A DNA stretch of 64,000 nucleotides from Armatimonadota bacterium (lineage in GTDB: Bacteria; Armatimonadota; SYMT01). The stretch spans positions 32,001-96,000 of the forward strand of contig JBKBRF010000019.1 of NCBI GenBank assembly GCA_046292385.1, in the 5' to 3' direction. This document shows, piece by piece, positions 20,122 to 29,475 of the stretch. A program made the position numbers and the translations under genes. Each line of letters starts with the position of its first letter. Position 1 is the stretch's first letter. The notes beneath the pieces were generated by a model. It searched no databases. It saw only the letters and a program-made list of their open reading frames with translations, and was not told the origin of the DNA.

Positions 20122-22038
20122 GTGGAACGCCGCCGCTACCTGCGCAAGACCAGCCTGGCCGCCTGCCTCGAGGCCTGGCTAGGGCACCCGCACGTCCTCC
20201 GACGCACCGCAGCGGAGACGGTGCCGGCGCCGGAGGCGCGCGGACGCGTGACTGCGGAGGCGGTCTACGCGCGGCGGTCGGTCCCGCACTTCCACTGCTC
20301 CGCCATGGACGGCATCGCCGTCGCCGCGGAGCTGACCTACGGCGCCGCCGAGACCCGGCCGGTGCGGCTGGAGCCCGGGCAGTACACGGTGGTCGATACC
20401 GGCGACCCGATCCCGGACGACGCTGACGCCGTGGTGATGATCGAGGACGTACAGCAGCTCGAGGGCGGCGCGGTGGAGCTGGTGGAAGCGGCCTCGCCCT
20501 GGCAGCAGATCCGGCTGGCGGGCGAAGACCTGGTGGCGACGGAGATGGTGCTCCCCTCCGGACAGCTCCTCCGCGCGCCGGACGTCGCGGCGCTCCTCTC
20601 CTGCGGCGTACGCGAGCTCTCCGTGCGCCGCCGGCCCCGCGTGGCGGTTCTGCCGACCGGGGACGAGCTGGTCGATCCGCTCTCCGGCCCGGAGCAGCAG
20701 GACCGGCCCGGCGCCATTCCGGAGACGAACTCCTACCTGATCGGCGGGCTGGTGGAGGAGTGGGGCGGCGAGGCGGTCCGCTACCCGATCGTCGCCGATA
20801 CGCCGGAGGCGGTCCACGAGGCGCTGCACCGCGCGCTGGAGCAGGCCGACGTAGTGGCGCTGAACGCCGGCTCGTCCGCGGGGAGAGAAGACTTCGTTCC
20901 GCGCATCATCGAGCAGGCAGGCGAGCTGCTGGCGCACGGAGTCGACATCATGCCCGGCAAGCCGATGGCGATCGGCGTGGTCCGCGGCAAGCCGGTCATC
21001 GGGATCCCCGGCTATCCGGTTTCCGCCTGGGTCGTCTGCGAGCAGTTCCTGCGTCCCTTGGTCCACCAGCTCCTCGGGCTCCCCGCGCCCCGTCCGGAGC
21101 GCGTCCCGGCGGTGATGGCGCGCAAGACGCCGTCCCGCATGGGCAACGAGGAGTTCCTCCGCGTGAAGGCGGCACGGGTCGGCGGGCGCCTCGTCGCCGT
21201 CCCGCTCTCCCGCGGGGCGAGCCTCCTCAGCTCGGTCGTGCGGGCCGACGGGGTGGTCCGCATCCCGGCGAACGTGGAGGGAGTCGAAGCCGGAGAGGAG
21301 GTCCGCCTGGAGCCGCTGCGCCCGCTGGAGGAGATCGAAAGCGCGCTGCTGGCGGTCGGCAGCCACGACCTGCTCCTCGACCTGATCTCCGACTTCCTCC
21401 ACCAGCGCGCCGCCGGCTTCGGGCTCTCCAGCGCGCACGTCGGCAGCCTGACCGGACTGGTGGCGCTCCGCCGCGGCGAGTGCCACCTCGCCGGGACGCA
21501 CCTGATCGACGAGGAAACCGGCGAGTACAACCTCTCCTGGCTGCGCCGCTACTTCCAGGAGGGGGAGGTAGCGCTGATCCACCTCGCCTACCGGGAGCAG
21601 GGGCTGCTCGTTCCCCCGGGCAATCCCCGCGGCCTCCGGGGCCTGGCCGACCTGACCGGCGGCGAGCTCCTCTTTATCAACCGCCAGCGCGGCTCCGGCA
21701 CCCGCCAGCTCCTCGACTTCCTGCTGCAGCGGGAGGGGCTGGAGCCCGCGTCGATCCGCGGCTACGACCGGGAGTTGTATACGCACCTGGCGGTCGCCGC
21801 CGCGGTCCAGACCGGAGCCGCGGACACCGGTCTCGGAATCCGCGCCGCTGCCAAGGCGCTCGATCTGGATTTCGTCCCGGTGGCCCCGGAGCGGTACGAT
21901 CTGGCCGTGCGGCCGGACGCCCTGGGGCTGCCGCAGATGCAGGAGCTGCTGCGGATCGTGCGCTCGGAGGCGTTCCAGACGAAGGTTCAGGAGTTGGGCG
22001 GCTACGACGCGTCCCGGGCGGGAGAGCGATTGGTTTAG
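20122..22038 (+). CDS. moeA: Molybdopterin molybdenumtransferase MoeA fused to a molybdate-binding PBP-like domain
   Basis: SAMDGIAV, VDTGDPIP, LPTGDEL, PGKP and GIPGYPVS motifs; C-terminal GSHDL and FINRQRGSGTR PBP domain. Confidence 0.92.
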   Translation: MERRRYLRKTSLAACLEAWLGHPHVLRRTAAETVPAPEARGRVTAEAVYARRSVPHFHCSAMDGIAVAAELTYGAAETRPVRLEPGQYTVVDTGDPIPDDADAVVMIEDVQQLEGGAVELVEAASPWQQIRLAGEDLVATEMVLPSGQLLRAPDVAALLSCGVRELSVRRRPRVAVLPTGDELVDPLSGPEQQDRPGAIPETNSYLIGGLVEEWGGEAVRYPIVADTPEAVHEALHRALEQADVVALNAGSSAGREDFVPRIIEQAGELLAHGVDIMPGKPMAIGVVRGKPVIGIPGYPVSAWVVCEQFLRPLVHQLLGLPAPRPERVPAVMARKTPSRMGNEEFLRVKAARVGGRLVAVPLSRGASLLSSVVRADGVVRIPANVEGVEAGEEVRLEPLRPLEEIESALLAVGSHDLLLDLISDFLHQRAAGFGLSSAHVGSLTGLVALRRGECHLAGTHLIDEETGEYNLSWLRRYFQEGEVALIHLAYREQGLLVPPGNPRGLRGLADLTGGELLFINRQRGSGTRQLLDFLLQREGLEPASIRGYDRELYTHLAVAAAVQTGAADTGLGIRAAAKALDLDFVPVAPERYDLAVRPDALGLPQMQELLRIVRSEAFQTKVQELGGYDASRAGERLV

Positions 22039-22045
22039 GGCTGGA

Positions 22046-22194
22046 GTATTCCGTGTTGCGTATTGCGTAGCGGATCGCCCTCTCCGCTTCCCAAGACGTG
22101 GTGCCGGGCGATACGCTCCCTCAGCGCCCCGTCCGGCACTACGCCGTCTCAAGCGGAGAGAGCCTACCGCTACGGAATACGCGACACGCAATAC
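22046..22194. repeat. Long imperfect inverted repeat built from CGTATT(G/C) heptamers
   Basis: GTATTCCGTGTTGCGTATTGCGTAGCGG (22046-22073) matches the reverse complement of 22167-22194 with 3 mismatches; inner TCTCCGCTT/AAGCGGAGA pair. Confidence 0.8.
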
Positions 22195-22212
22195 GAACGA
22201 AGGAGATCAGAC

Positions 22213-23262
22213 TTGGCATTGAAGACCGAAAGCCACATGCTCCGGGAGATCCGGGAGCAGCCCGCCGCCCTGGAGCGGCTCCTGGAGGGAGAGCTCGGCC
22301 GCGCGGAGGCGCTCGCGAACGCGGCAAAGGAGCGGGAGATCGACCTCCTCTTCCTCGCGGCGCGGGGAACGAGCGACCACGCCGCCATCTACGCGAAGTA
22401 CCTGATGGAGATCGAGACAGGGCTGCCGGTCTCGCTGGCGGCGCCGAGCGTCTTCACGCTCTACCGGGCGCCGGTCCGGCTCGACCGCTCCCTGGTGCTC
22501 GGGATCAGCCAGAGCGGCAAGGCGGCCGACGCGATCGAGGTGCTGCGGCAGGCGCGGGAAGGGGGACAGCTCACCGGCTGCATCACCAACGACCAGCAGT
22601 CGCCCATGGCGCAGTGCGCCGAGCACCCGCTCTACTGCCACGCCGGCCCGGAGCAGAGCCTGCCGGCCACGAAGACCTACACCACGTCGCTGGCGCTGGT
22701 CACCGCGCTGACGGCGTACCTCTCCGGGAAGACGGAGCTGCTCGACGGCCTCCGCGGCGCGCCGGACCTGGTTCGGCAGGCGCTGGCGCTGGAGGAGAGC
22801 ATCGCCGCGGGAACGGAGCGGTACCGCTACATGGAGGAGTGCGTGGTGCTGGCGCGCGGGATCAACCAGTGCAGCGCGCTGGAGACGGCGCTCAAGCTCT
22901 CCGAGACGAGCTACCTGCGCGCGCACCCGTACAGCTCCGCCGACTTCCTCCACGGGCCGATCGCCATTGTGGACGAAGGCTACCCGTGCTTCCTCTTCGC
23001 GCCGGACGGTCTCGGCTACCCGTCGATGGTCGAGGTCGCGGACGAGCTGTCGAAGCGCGGCGCCGAGCTGATCGTCCTCTCCAACCGGGAAGAGCTGCTC
23101 GCCCGTGCCACCACCCCCCTCCGTATCCCGGAGGCGCCGGAGTACCTCTCGCCCCTCGTCGGCATCGTCGCCGCCCAGCTCTTCGCGTACCACCTCGCCG
23201 TGGTGAAGGGCCGCGACCCCGACAGCCCGAGAGGCCTGAAAAAGGTCACGCACACGTTCTGA
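22213..23262 (+). CDS. Double-SIS-domain sugar isomerase (GlmS C-terminal-like / isomerizing glucosamine-6-phosphate deaminase)
   Basis: MLREIREQP, ARGTSDHA, ISQSGK, ATKTY, ETALKLSE, FLHGP and PRGLKKVT motifs; no glutaminase domain. TTG start after AAGGAG. Confidence 0.88.
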   Translation: MALKTESHMLREIREQPAALERLLEGELGRAEALANAAKEREIDLLFLAARGTSDHAAIYAKYLMEIETGLPVSLAAPSVFTLYRAPVRLDRSLVLGISQSGKAADAIEVLRQAREGGQLTGCITNDQQSPMAQCAEHPLYCHAGPEQSLPATKTYTTSLALVTALTAYLSGKTELLDGLRGAPDLVRQALALEESIAAGTERYRYMEECVVLARGINQCSALETALKLSETSYLRAHPYSSADFLHGPIAIVDEGYPCFLFAPDGLGYPSMVEVADELSKRGAELIVLSNREELLARATTPLRIPEAPEYLSPLVGIVAAQLFAYHLAVVKGRDPDSPRGLKKVTHTF

Positions 23263-23309
23263 CGGACCGGATTTACCGCCAGCGCCAGGCACGCAAATTC
23301 CGAACCGGA

Positions 23310-23495
23310 ATTCACCGCAGAGACGCGGAGAGCGCAGAGAGAACCGGAACATGAGGGCAGGGCCGGGTCCGTTTAACCAATTCCGTACAGCGGCTCCGGG
23401 GTTCGTCTCTTCTGGTTCCTCTTTGCGTCCTTTGCGTTCTTGGCGGTGAATCAGGTTCGGGTTCTCTCCGCGTCCTCTGCGTCTCTGCGGTGAAT
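23310..23495. repeat. Inverted repeat pair of ~34 bp (CGCAGAGA-type units)
   Basis: ATTCACCGCAGAGACGCGGAGAGCGCAGAGAGAA (23310-23343) versus TTCTCTCCGCGTCCTCTGCGTCTCTGCGGTGAAT (23462-23495); a related partial copy at about 23420-23451. Confidence 0.8.
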
Positions 23496-23514
23496 CTTCA
23501 AACGGGCAGCCGAG

Positions 23515-24621
23515 ATGATCAACGAAGCACGCGTTCGGGAGACGTTTCTAGACCTGGTCCGCTTCAACAGCCCGCCGGGGCAGGAGGGGGAGGTCGCCCG
23601 GTACTGCGCGGAGGCGCTGCGGGACGCGGGGTTCCTCTGCCAGAAGGATGCGGCGGGGAACCTGATCGCGCAGAAGGCGGGGACCGTCTCCGGCGCGCCG
23701 CGGATCTTCTTCTCCGCGCACATGGACACCGTCCAGCCGACGGAGGGCCTCGAGGTGCGAGAAGAGGACGGGATCTTCCGCACGGGCGGCACCACGATCC
23801 TCGGCGCGGATGACAAGGCGGGCCTGACGCAGATCCTGGAAGGCGTGCGCGTGCTGGAAGAGCACGGCATCCCGCACGGCGACCTGCAGGTCGTCTTCAC
23901 CACCGGCGAGGAGGTGGGGCTGCTCGGTGCCCGGGCCCTGGCGATCGAGGTGGTGGCGGGGAGCATCGGCTTCGTCTTCGACGCCAGCGGTCCTACCGGC
24001 ACGGTCATCACCGGCGCGCCGACGCACGACAAGCTCGAGGTGCGCTTGCAGGGCCGGGCTTCCCACGCGGGGTTCGTGCCGGAGAAGGGGATCAGCGCCA
24101 TCCGGATGGCGGCGCGGGCGCTCGACCGCATGCGCCTGGGGCGGATCGACCCGGAGACGACGGCGAACATCGGCACTATCAGCGGCGGTACCGCGGACAA
24201 CATCGTCGCCGAGGAAGCAATCCTCACCCTGGAGGCGCGCAGCCGGAACCGGGAGAAGCTCGACGCGCAGGTCGCGCACATGCGGGAGTGCCTGGAAGAG
24301 GCGGCGGCGCACTACGGCGGCTCCGTGGAGATCCGGCACGAGCGGGAGTACCAGGGCTACACCTGGGAGCGGGGCGACCTCCCGCTGAGCCTCGCCGCGG
24401 CGGCCTGGCGGAACGTACCGGCGAGCCGGGGCGAGGAGCCGACCTTCCGCCCCACCGGCGGCGGCAGCGACGCCAACGTCTTCAACGCGCGAGGCGTGCC
24501 GGCGGTCGTCTGCACCTGCGGCTACGCCGATGCCCACTCCGTGAAGGAGCACATCCCGGTGGCGGACCTCCTCGCCGGCGCCGAATGGGTCGTCCGCATC
24601 GCCGAAGCCGCCGCGGTTTAG
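23515..24621 (+). CDS. M20/M25/M40 family metallopeptidase (peptidase T-like)
   Basis: AHMDTV, GADDKAG, GEEVG, GGGSDAN and AHSVKE motifs. Confidence 0.92.
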   Translation: MINEARVRETFLDLVRFNSPPGQEGEVARYCAEALRDAGFLCQKDAAGNLIAQKAGTVSGAPRIFFSAHMDTVQPTEGLEVREEDGIFRTGGTTILGADDKAGLTQILEGVRVLEEHGIPHGDLQVVFTTGEEVGLLGARALAIEVVAGSIGFVFDASGPTGTVITGAPTHDKLEVRLQGRASHAGFVPEKGISAIRMAARALDRMRLGRIDPETTANIGTISGGTADNIVAEEAILTLEARSRNREKLDAQVAHMRECLEEAAAHYGGSVEIRHEREYQGYTWERGDLPLSLAAAAWRNVPASRGEEPTFRPTGGGSDANVFNARGVPAVVCTCGYADAHSVKEHIPVADLLAGAEWVVRIAEAAAV

Positions 24622-24628
24622 GTAGTAG

Positions 24629-24721
24629 GGGTCAGGTTCCAGGGGCCAGAGAGTGGGGTTGGATGACAGGACCTTGGCCGCACAACCTGGAACCTGGAAC
24701 CTGAAACTGGAAAACCTGAAA
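24629..24721. repeat. Short heptamer repeats (AACCTGG) with a degenerate inverted partner
   Basis: AACCTGG AACCTGG AACCTGA AACTGG AAAACCTGAA; upstream TCAGGTTCCAGG is the inverted copy. Confidence 0.7.
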
Positions 24722-24734
24722 CGGACAGGCAGCG

Positions 24735-25589
24735 CTACGGGGCGGGGTCGAGGACCAGCATGTCGTAGACCTGCTGTCCTGGGATGGTGAACTGACGGCG
24801 CGGCTTCCAGGTGGCGGGGTCTAACTCCACGATCCCGCACTCCATCCGAGAGCGGGTGAGCAGCTTCTGGAGCGGCGTCTGCTTCTTCTTCCAGCCGCTG
24901 ATGCCCACGTAGGCCATGCCCTCTGTGAAAACGAGGGCGCGGACGAAGCCGTGGAGGCGGCAGACGACCTCCTTCGACTTCTCCCGCAGGTTCAGCAGCG
25001 TCACCTCGGAGGTGTACGACTCGCAGCAGTAGAGCTGCTCCTCGTGCCAGACGAGGCTGTGCGGCTGGGCGAGCGGCTCGTAGAGCACCTGGTAGCCGCC
25101 GGTCTCCCAGTCGAGCCGCAGCACCTTACCTTCGTAGGCCCAGGCGTCGGTCTCGTTCTTCTCCTGGCGCCGTCCGGGGGAGAGGGTGAAGATCGTCAGC
25201 AGGAGCTGTCCGTTCACCTGCGCCAGGCAGTTGGCGTGGCAGACGTCGTCTTCCTGGCGGATGATCTGCAGGTCGTCGACCGGCCGCAGCTCGCGGTCGA
25301 AGCGCGCGATCCGGTTCGAGTCGCTTGCCACCAGGTAGAAGTGGTCGTCGATCCAGCGGAAGTCGTGGGCGCCGTGGAGCGCGGTATCGCCGATCGGCGT
25401 CACTTCCCAGCTCTCCGGCGCCAGGCGCCAGACGAAGCCGCGCGTGCCGACCACGTAATAACCGTCCGGCCCCCGGGTGATGCCGCGGCTCGGCTGCTCG
25501 GTGAGGCGGGTCAGCTCGGAGGTGTCGGCGTCGAGGAGGTAGACGCCGCCCTCGTCCGGGGTGAAATTGGTGATGAGCAGTCGCGCCAT
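24735..25589 (-). CDS. DUF4915/TIGR03032-like beta-propeller protein, paralog 1
   Basis: DDVCHANC, LAQPHSLVW, YCCES and GFVRAL..AYVGIS motifs shared with three neighbours. Confidence 0.7.
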   Translation of the reverse strand: MARLLITNFTPDEGGVYLLDADTSELTRLTEQPSRGITRGPDGYYVVGTRGFVWRLAPESWEVTPIGDTALHGAHDFRWIDDHFYLVASDSNRIARFDRELRPVDDLQIIRQEDDVCHANCLAQVNGQLLLTIFTLSPGRRQEKNETDAWAYEGKVLRLDWETGGYQVLYEPLAQPHSLVWHEEQLYCCESYTSEVTLLNLREKSKEVVCRLHGFVRALVFTEGMAYVGISGWKKKQTPLQKLLTRSRMECGIVELDPATWKPRRQFTIPGQQVYDMLVLDPAP

Positions 25590-25592
25590 CCG

Positions 25593-26450
25593 CTACGCCT
25601 CGTCCACGATCAGCAGCTCGTAGACCTGCCGGCCGGGGATGCGGAAGTCGCGGCGCGGCTTCCAGGTGCGGGCGTCCAGCTCCACCACGCCGCAGGGGAT
25701 GCGGAAGCGGGCGAGGAGACGGTCGAGCAGCGGGCCTTCGTTGTTCTTGCGCTGGCTGATGCCAATGAAGACGCTGTCGCCGTGGAAGGCGATGCCGCGG
25801 GCGAACCCGTGCATCCGGCGCAGGAGCTTCTTCGTCTTCGACTTCAGGTCGAGGATCGAGACCTCGGAGGTGAGCGACTCGCAGCAGTAGAGCTGCTCCC
25901 CGTGCCAGACCAGGCTGTGCGGCTGGCAGAGCGGCTCGTACACGATCTCGAAGCTCTTCGTCTCCCAGTCGAGCCGGAGCACCTTGCCCTCGCGGAACCA
26001 GACCGGCGTGGTGTTCTTCTCCTGCCGCCGCCCCGGGGAGAGGGTGAAGATGCTCAGGAGCAGGTGACCGTTCGCCGCCTCGATGCAGTTGGCGTGGCAG
26101 ATGTCGTCATCGCTCTGCACCACCCGCAGCTCGTCCAGCACGTTCAGGCTGCTGTCCAGCCGCACCACCCGGTTGCCGGTGCTCGCCACCAGGTAGAACT
26201 CGTCGCCTACCGCGCGGAGGTCGTGGCACGCCTGGTACGGGGTGGCACAGCGCTGGGTCACTTTCCACGTGGCGGGATCGAGGTGGCAGATGATGCCGTC
26301 CGGCTCGATGAAGTAGATCCCGTCCCGCCCGCGGGTGATGCCGTTCACGCGGCGGTCGTAGAGCCGGCGCAGGCCGCCGGTCTCGGTCTCGAGCAGGTAG
26401 ACCCCCGCCTCGGAGCCGCGGGTGTGGTTCGTCACCAGGATGCGTGGCAT
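25593..26450 (-). CDS. DUF4915/TIGR03032-like beta-propeller protein, paralog 2
   Basis: CHDL, DDICHANC, QPHSLVW, YCCES and GFARGIAF motifs. Confidence 0.7.
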   Translation of the reverse strand: MPRILVTNHTRGSEAGVYLLETETGGLRRLYDRRVNGITRGRDGIYFIEPDGIICHLDPATWKVTQRCATPYQACHDLRAVGDEFYLVASTGNRVVRLDSSLNVLDELRVVQSDDDICHANCIEAANGHLLLSIFTLSPGRRQEKNTTPVWFREGKVLRLDWETKSFEIVYEPLCQPHSLVWHGEQLYCCESLTSEVSILDLKSKTKKLLRRMHGFARGIAFHGDSVFIGISQRKNNEGPLLDRLLARFRIPCGVVELDARTWKPRRDFRIPGRQVYELLIVDEA

Positions 26451-26463
26451 GTGGGGCTGTGGG

Positions 26464-27369
26464 TCAGGCGGAGGGGGCGCCGTCGAGGAGGCGCACGTCG
26501 TAGATGTCCGAGCCGGGGATCGGGATCTTGCGCTTCACCTTCCAGGTGCGGGAGTCGAGCACCAGCAGCCCGGAGAAGGGGAAGAACTTGTCGTAGATCC
26601 GGCGGAAGAGGGGGAGGGTCTTCAGCCGCGCGCGGTCGCGGATCTGGAGAAGGCAGGCGCCGACCGCCAGCTCGTCCGGACCGAAGGCCAGGCCGCGAAG
26701 GAAGCCGCGGTACTGGCCCAGGTGCTTCGCCTTATGGTTCTGGAGGTCGACCCAGGTGAGGCTGGAGGTGTGGGACTCCACCAGGTAGATGCCGCCGTCC
26801 CGCGGGATCAGGCTGTGCGGCTGCGCGAGCGGCTCGAAGCGGACTTCCCACTTCTTGCGCTCCCAGTCCAGCTTCAGGATCTTGCCGGAGCGGTGCCAGG
26901 CACCGGTGAACCGCTTTTCCTTCCGCTCGCCGGGGCTCAGGGTGAAGATCGAAAGGTAGATCTCGCCGTCGATCACCGTCAGGCAGTTCGGGTGACAGAC
27001 GTCGCGGTCGTCCTCGATCACCTGGAAGCGGTCGACCATTCGGCACTGCTCGTCCAGGCGCACCACCTGGTTGCCGACGCTCGCCACCAGGTAGAAATAG
27101 CCGTCGTGCCACATCAGGTCGTGGCAGTCGCCCAGCGGGTAGCGGGCTACCTCTTCGGTCTTCCAGGTCTGCAGGTCAAGGCGGTGGACCACCGACTCGC
27201 CCTCTTGCGGATCCCGGTAGCCGGAAACCACGTAGTAGCAGCCGTCCGGTCCCAGGGTCATCCCCCGGAAGGAGCCGCTCATGACGCGCTTGACGTGACC
27301 GGTGCTCGAGTCGGCGAGGTAGACTCCGCCTTCTTCCCGGTTGGAGCTGGTAATGAGATAGCGGGGCAT
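26464..27369 (-). CDS. DUF4915/TIGR03032-like beta-propeller protein, paralog 3
   Basis: CHDL, DVCHPNC, QPHSL and GFLRGLAF motifs. ATG 27369 (MPRYLITS) aligns with the paralog starts. Confidence 0.7.
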   Translation of the reverse strand: MPRYLITSSNREEGGVYLADSSTGHVKRVMSGSFRGMTLGPDGCYYVVSGYRDPQEGESVVHRLDLQTWKTEEVARYPLGDCHDLMWHDGYFYLVASVGNQVVRLDEQCRMVDRFQVIEDDRDVCHPNCLTVIDGEIYLSIFTLSPGERKEKRFTGAWHRSGKILKLDWERKKWEVRFEPLAQPHSLIPRDGGIYLVESHTSSLTWVDLQNHKAKHLGQYRGFLRGLAFGPDELAVGACLLQIRDRARLKTLPLFRRIYDKFFPFSGLLVLDSRTWKVKRKIPIPGSDIYDVRLLDGAPSA

Positions 27370-27646
27370 TCTAAACCAGGGCTCCCGACCGCCGCGACCT
27401 GGCACGCGTTGAGCGTACCGGTCGCCGGACTGCGCGGGGGGTAGCGAACGACCAATTATAAGAGCTGAGCCGGGCCGGAGCAAGCAAACTGCGGCTTCCG
27501 TGCCGCTTGCGCTGGAGACCTTCCCTTCGGCTACAATAGGGAGCGTCGGCCGGCAAGACGGTAAAGCTCAGCGCCTTCCACCGCTTTCCGCGGCGAGGGG
27601 CACGCGATCTCTTGTCGGAGACCGCCAGCTCTCCGAGACGCCATTC

Positions 27647-27733
27647 GAGTAAGAGTAGGAGAACGAGTAGGAGTAGGAGTGCCCGTACCGGGAGGTTCGG
27701 ATTCATCCCTCATCGTTCATCCTTCATCCCTTT
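27647..27733. repeat. Low-complexity tandem repeats (GAGTAG and TTCATCC units)
   Basis: GAGTAAGAGTAGGAGAACGAGTAGGAGTAGGAGT and TTCATCCCTCATCGTTCATCCTTCATCCC. Confidence 0.65.
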
Positions 27734-27781
27734 ACGGCTTACGAACGAAGTAGCTGAAAGCACCCGTAGTCCCCCCCGCCC

Positions 27782-28630
27782 ATGCCCTCTCTGCTCACTA
27801 CCAGCCACACGCCGGCGCACGGCGGGGTCTTTCTGCTGAACACGGAGACCGCAGAGACCCGCAAGATCCTCGACGTGCCGTGCCGGGGCATCACGCGGGG
27901 ACCGGACGGCTACTACACCGTCGAGAACTTCGGCGTGGTCCACTACCTCGACCCGAAGACCTGGCAGCCGGTGCGCCGGGCGGAGACCGGGTACGCCTGG
28001 TGCCACGATCTCAAGTGGTTCGGCGGCTACTTCTACCTGGTGGCCAGCAAGGGCAACTGGGTGGTACGGCTCGACAGCGACTTCCGCGAGCTCGACCGGA
28101 TGCAGATCGTGGAGAGCGACGACGACGTCTGCCACGCCAACTGCATCGAGGAGATGGACGGCGAGCTGATCCTGAGCATCTTCACCCTGGTGCCCGGGAA
28201 GCGGGAGGAGAAGAACGGCTCCCACCCGTGGCGGCACGACGGCAAGGTGCTCCGGCTCGACTGGCAGCGCCGCGGCTACGAGGTGCTCCACGAGCCGCTC
28301 TCCCAGCCGCACAGCCTGAACTGGCGGGACGGGCAGATCTACTGCTGCGAGTCCTACACGTCGAAGCTCTCCGTCATTCCCGGCGGGGGCCAGCGCCACC
28401 GCACGCTGCGGAAGCTGAACGGCTTCGTGCGCGGCCTCACCTTCGACGGAGACCGGGCCTTCGTCGGCGTGACCCGCCGCCGGCTGGAGCACTACCACCC
28501 CATGGTGCGCTGGTGGGCCCGCCTCACTCGCTGGTGCGGGGTGCTGGAGATGGACGCCAACACCTGGAAGCCGCTCCGACGCTACCCGCTGCCGAGCCGG
28601 CAGGTCTATGACCTGACCGTCGTGCGCTAG
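27782..28630 (+). CDS. DUF4915/TIGR03032-like beta-propeller protein, paralog 4 (divergently transcribed)
   Basis: CHDL, DDVCHANC, QPHSL, YCCES and GFVRGLTF motifs. Confidence 0.7.
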   Translation: MPSLLTTSHTPAHGGVFLLNTETAETRKILDVPCRGITRGPDGYYTVENFGVVHYLDPKTWQPVRRAETGYAWCHDLKWFGGYFYLVASKGNWVVRLDSDFRELDRMQIVESDDDVCHANCIEEMDGELILSIFTLVPGKREEKNGSHPWRHDGKVLRLDWQRRGYEVLHEPLSQPHSLNWRDGQIYCCESYTSKLSVIPGGGQRHRTLRKLNGFVRGLTFDGDRAFVGVTRRRLEHYHPMVRWWARLTRWCGVLEMDANTWKPLRRYPLPSRQVYDLTVVR

Positions 28631-28644
28631 CCGAGACGACTCCG

Positions 28645-29469
28645 ATGCGCCCTGTCGAGAAGCAGCAAGACCTGCGGACCGTGGTCCACACCACGTGGGA
28701 GAAGTTCGCGTTCCGGTACGGCATCCGGTCGCGGGCCAAGCTGCACCTGCCGGACTTCCTGGGGATCGGCGCGCAGAAAGCGGGCACCACCTGGCTGGAC
28801 CGGAACATGCGCGCGCACCCGGACCTGTTCCTCACCAGCCCCAAGGAGCTCCACTACTTCGACCTCCACTTCCACGAGAGCCTGAAGGAGTACTCGCGGA
28901 AGCTGCGGCCGGGGCTGGGGAAGGTCCGCGGCGAGATCACCCCCGGTTACAGCACCCTCACCCGCTCCCGCGTGCGCTTCATCCGCGCGCTGATGCCGGA
29001 CCTGCGCCTCCTGTTCCTGATGCGGAACCCGGTAGACCGGGCGTGGTCGCAGGCGATGATGACGCTGGTCAGCAAGCCGGGCCGGCCGTTCGAGAGCGTG
29101 AAGGAGGCGGAGCTGCTGGAGTTCTTCCGCTCCCCCGCCTGCCGGCTCCGCGGCAACTACCTGCGGACGCTGCGGATCTGGGAGAGCACCTTCCCCAAGG
29201 ACCAGCTCTACGTCGGCTTCTACGAAGACATCAAGCAGCGCCCCCAGGAGCTGCTGCGGGAGGTCTTCCGCCACGTCGGCGTGCGTGAGGAGGTCGATTG
29301 GGACTCGATGCCGTACCGGGAGGTAATCCACCGCGGCGCCGGCATCCCGATGCCTCCGCGCATCCGGGAGGCGCTGGGGGCGCTCTACGCGCCGGAGATC
29401 GAGCGGCTCTACCAGCGCTTCGGCGACCGGGTGGCGGGATGGCGGGTGCGGACTCCCGCCGGGCGCTAA
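28645..29469 (+). CDS. PAPS-dependent sulfotransferase
   Basis: 5'-PSB loop PDFLGIGAQKAGTTWL, KELHYFD, GEITPGY, and 3'-PB motif MRNPVDRAWS. Confidence 0.92.
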   Translation: MRPVEKQQDLRTVVHTTWEKFAFRYGIRSRAKLHLPDFLGIGAQKAGTTWLDRNMRAHPDLFLTSPKELHYFDLHFHESLKEYSRKLRPGLGKVRGEITPGYSTLTRSRVRFIRALMPDLRLLFLMRNPVDRAWSQAMMTLVSKPGRPFESVKEAELLEFFRSPACRLRGNYLRTLRIWESTFPKDQLYVGFYEDIKQRPQELLREVFRHVGVREEVDWDSMPYREVIHRGAGIPMPPRIREALGALYAPEIERLYQRFGDRVAGWRVRTPAGR

Positions 29470-29475
29470 CGAGTC

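Noticed and set aside
22213..23262. glmS call or truncated glmS pseudogene
   Set aside because: There is no glutaminase domain, but the ORF is intact with its own RBS and matches the known stand-alone double-SIS family.
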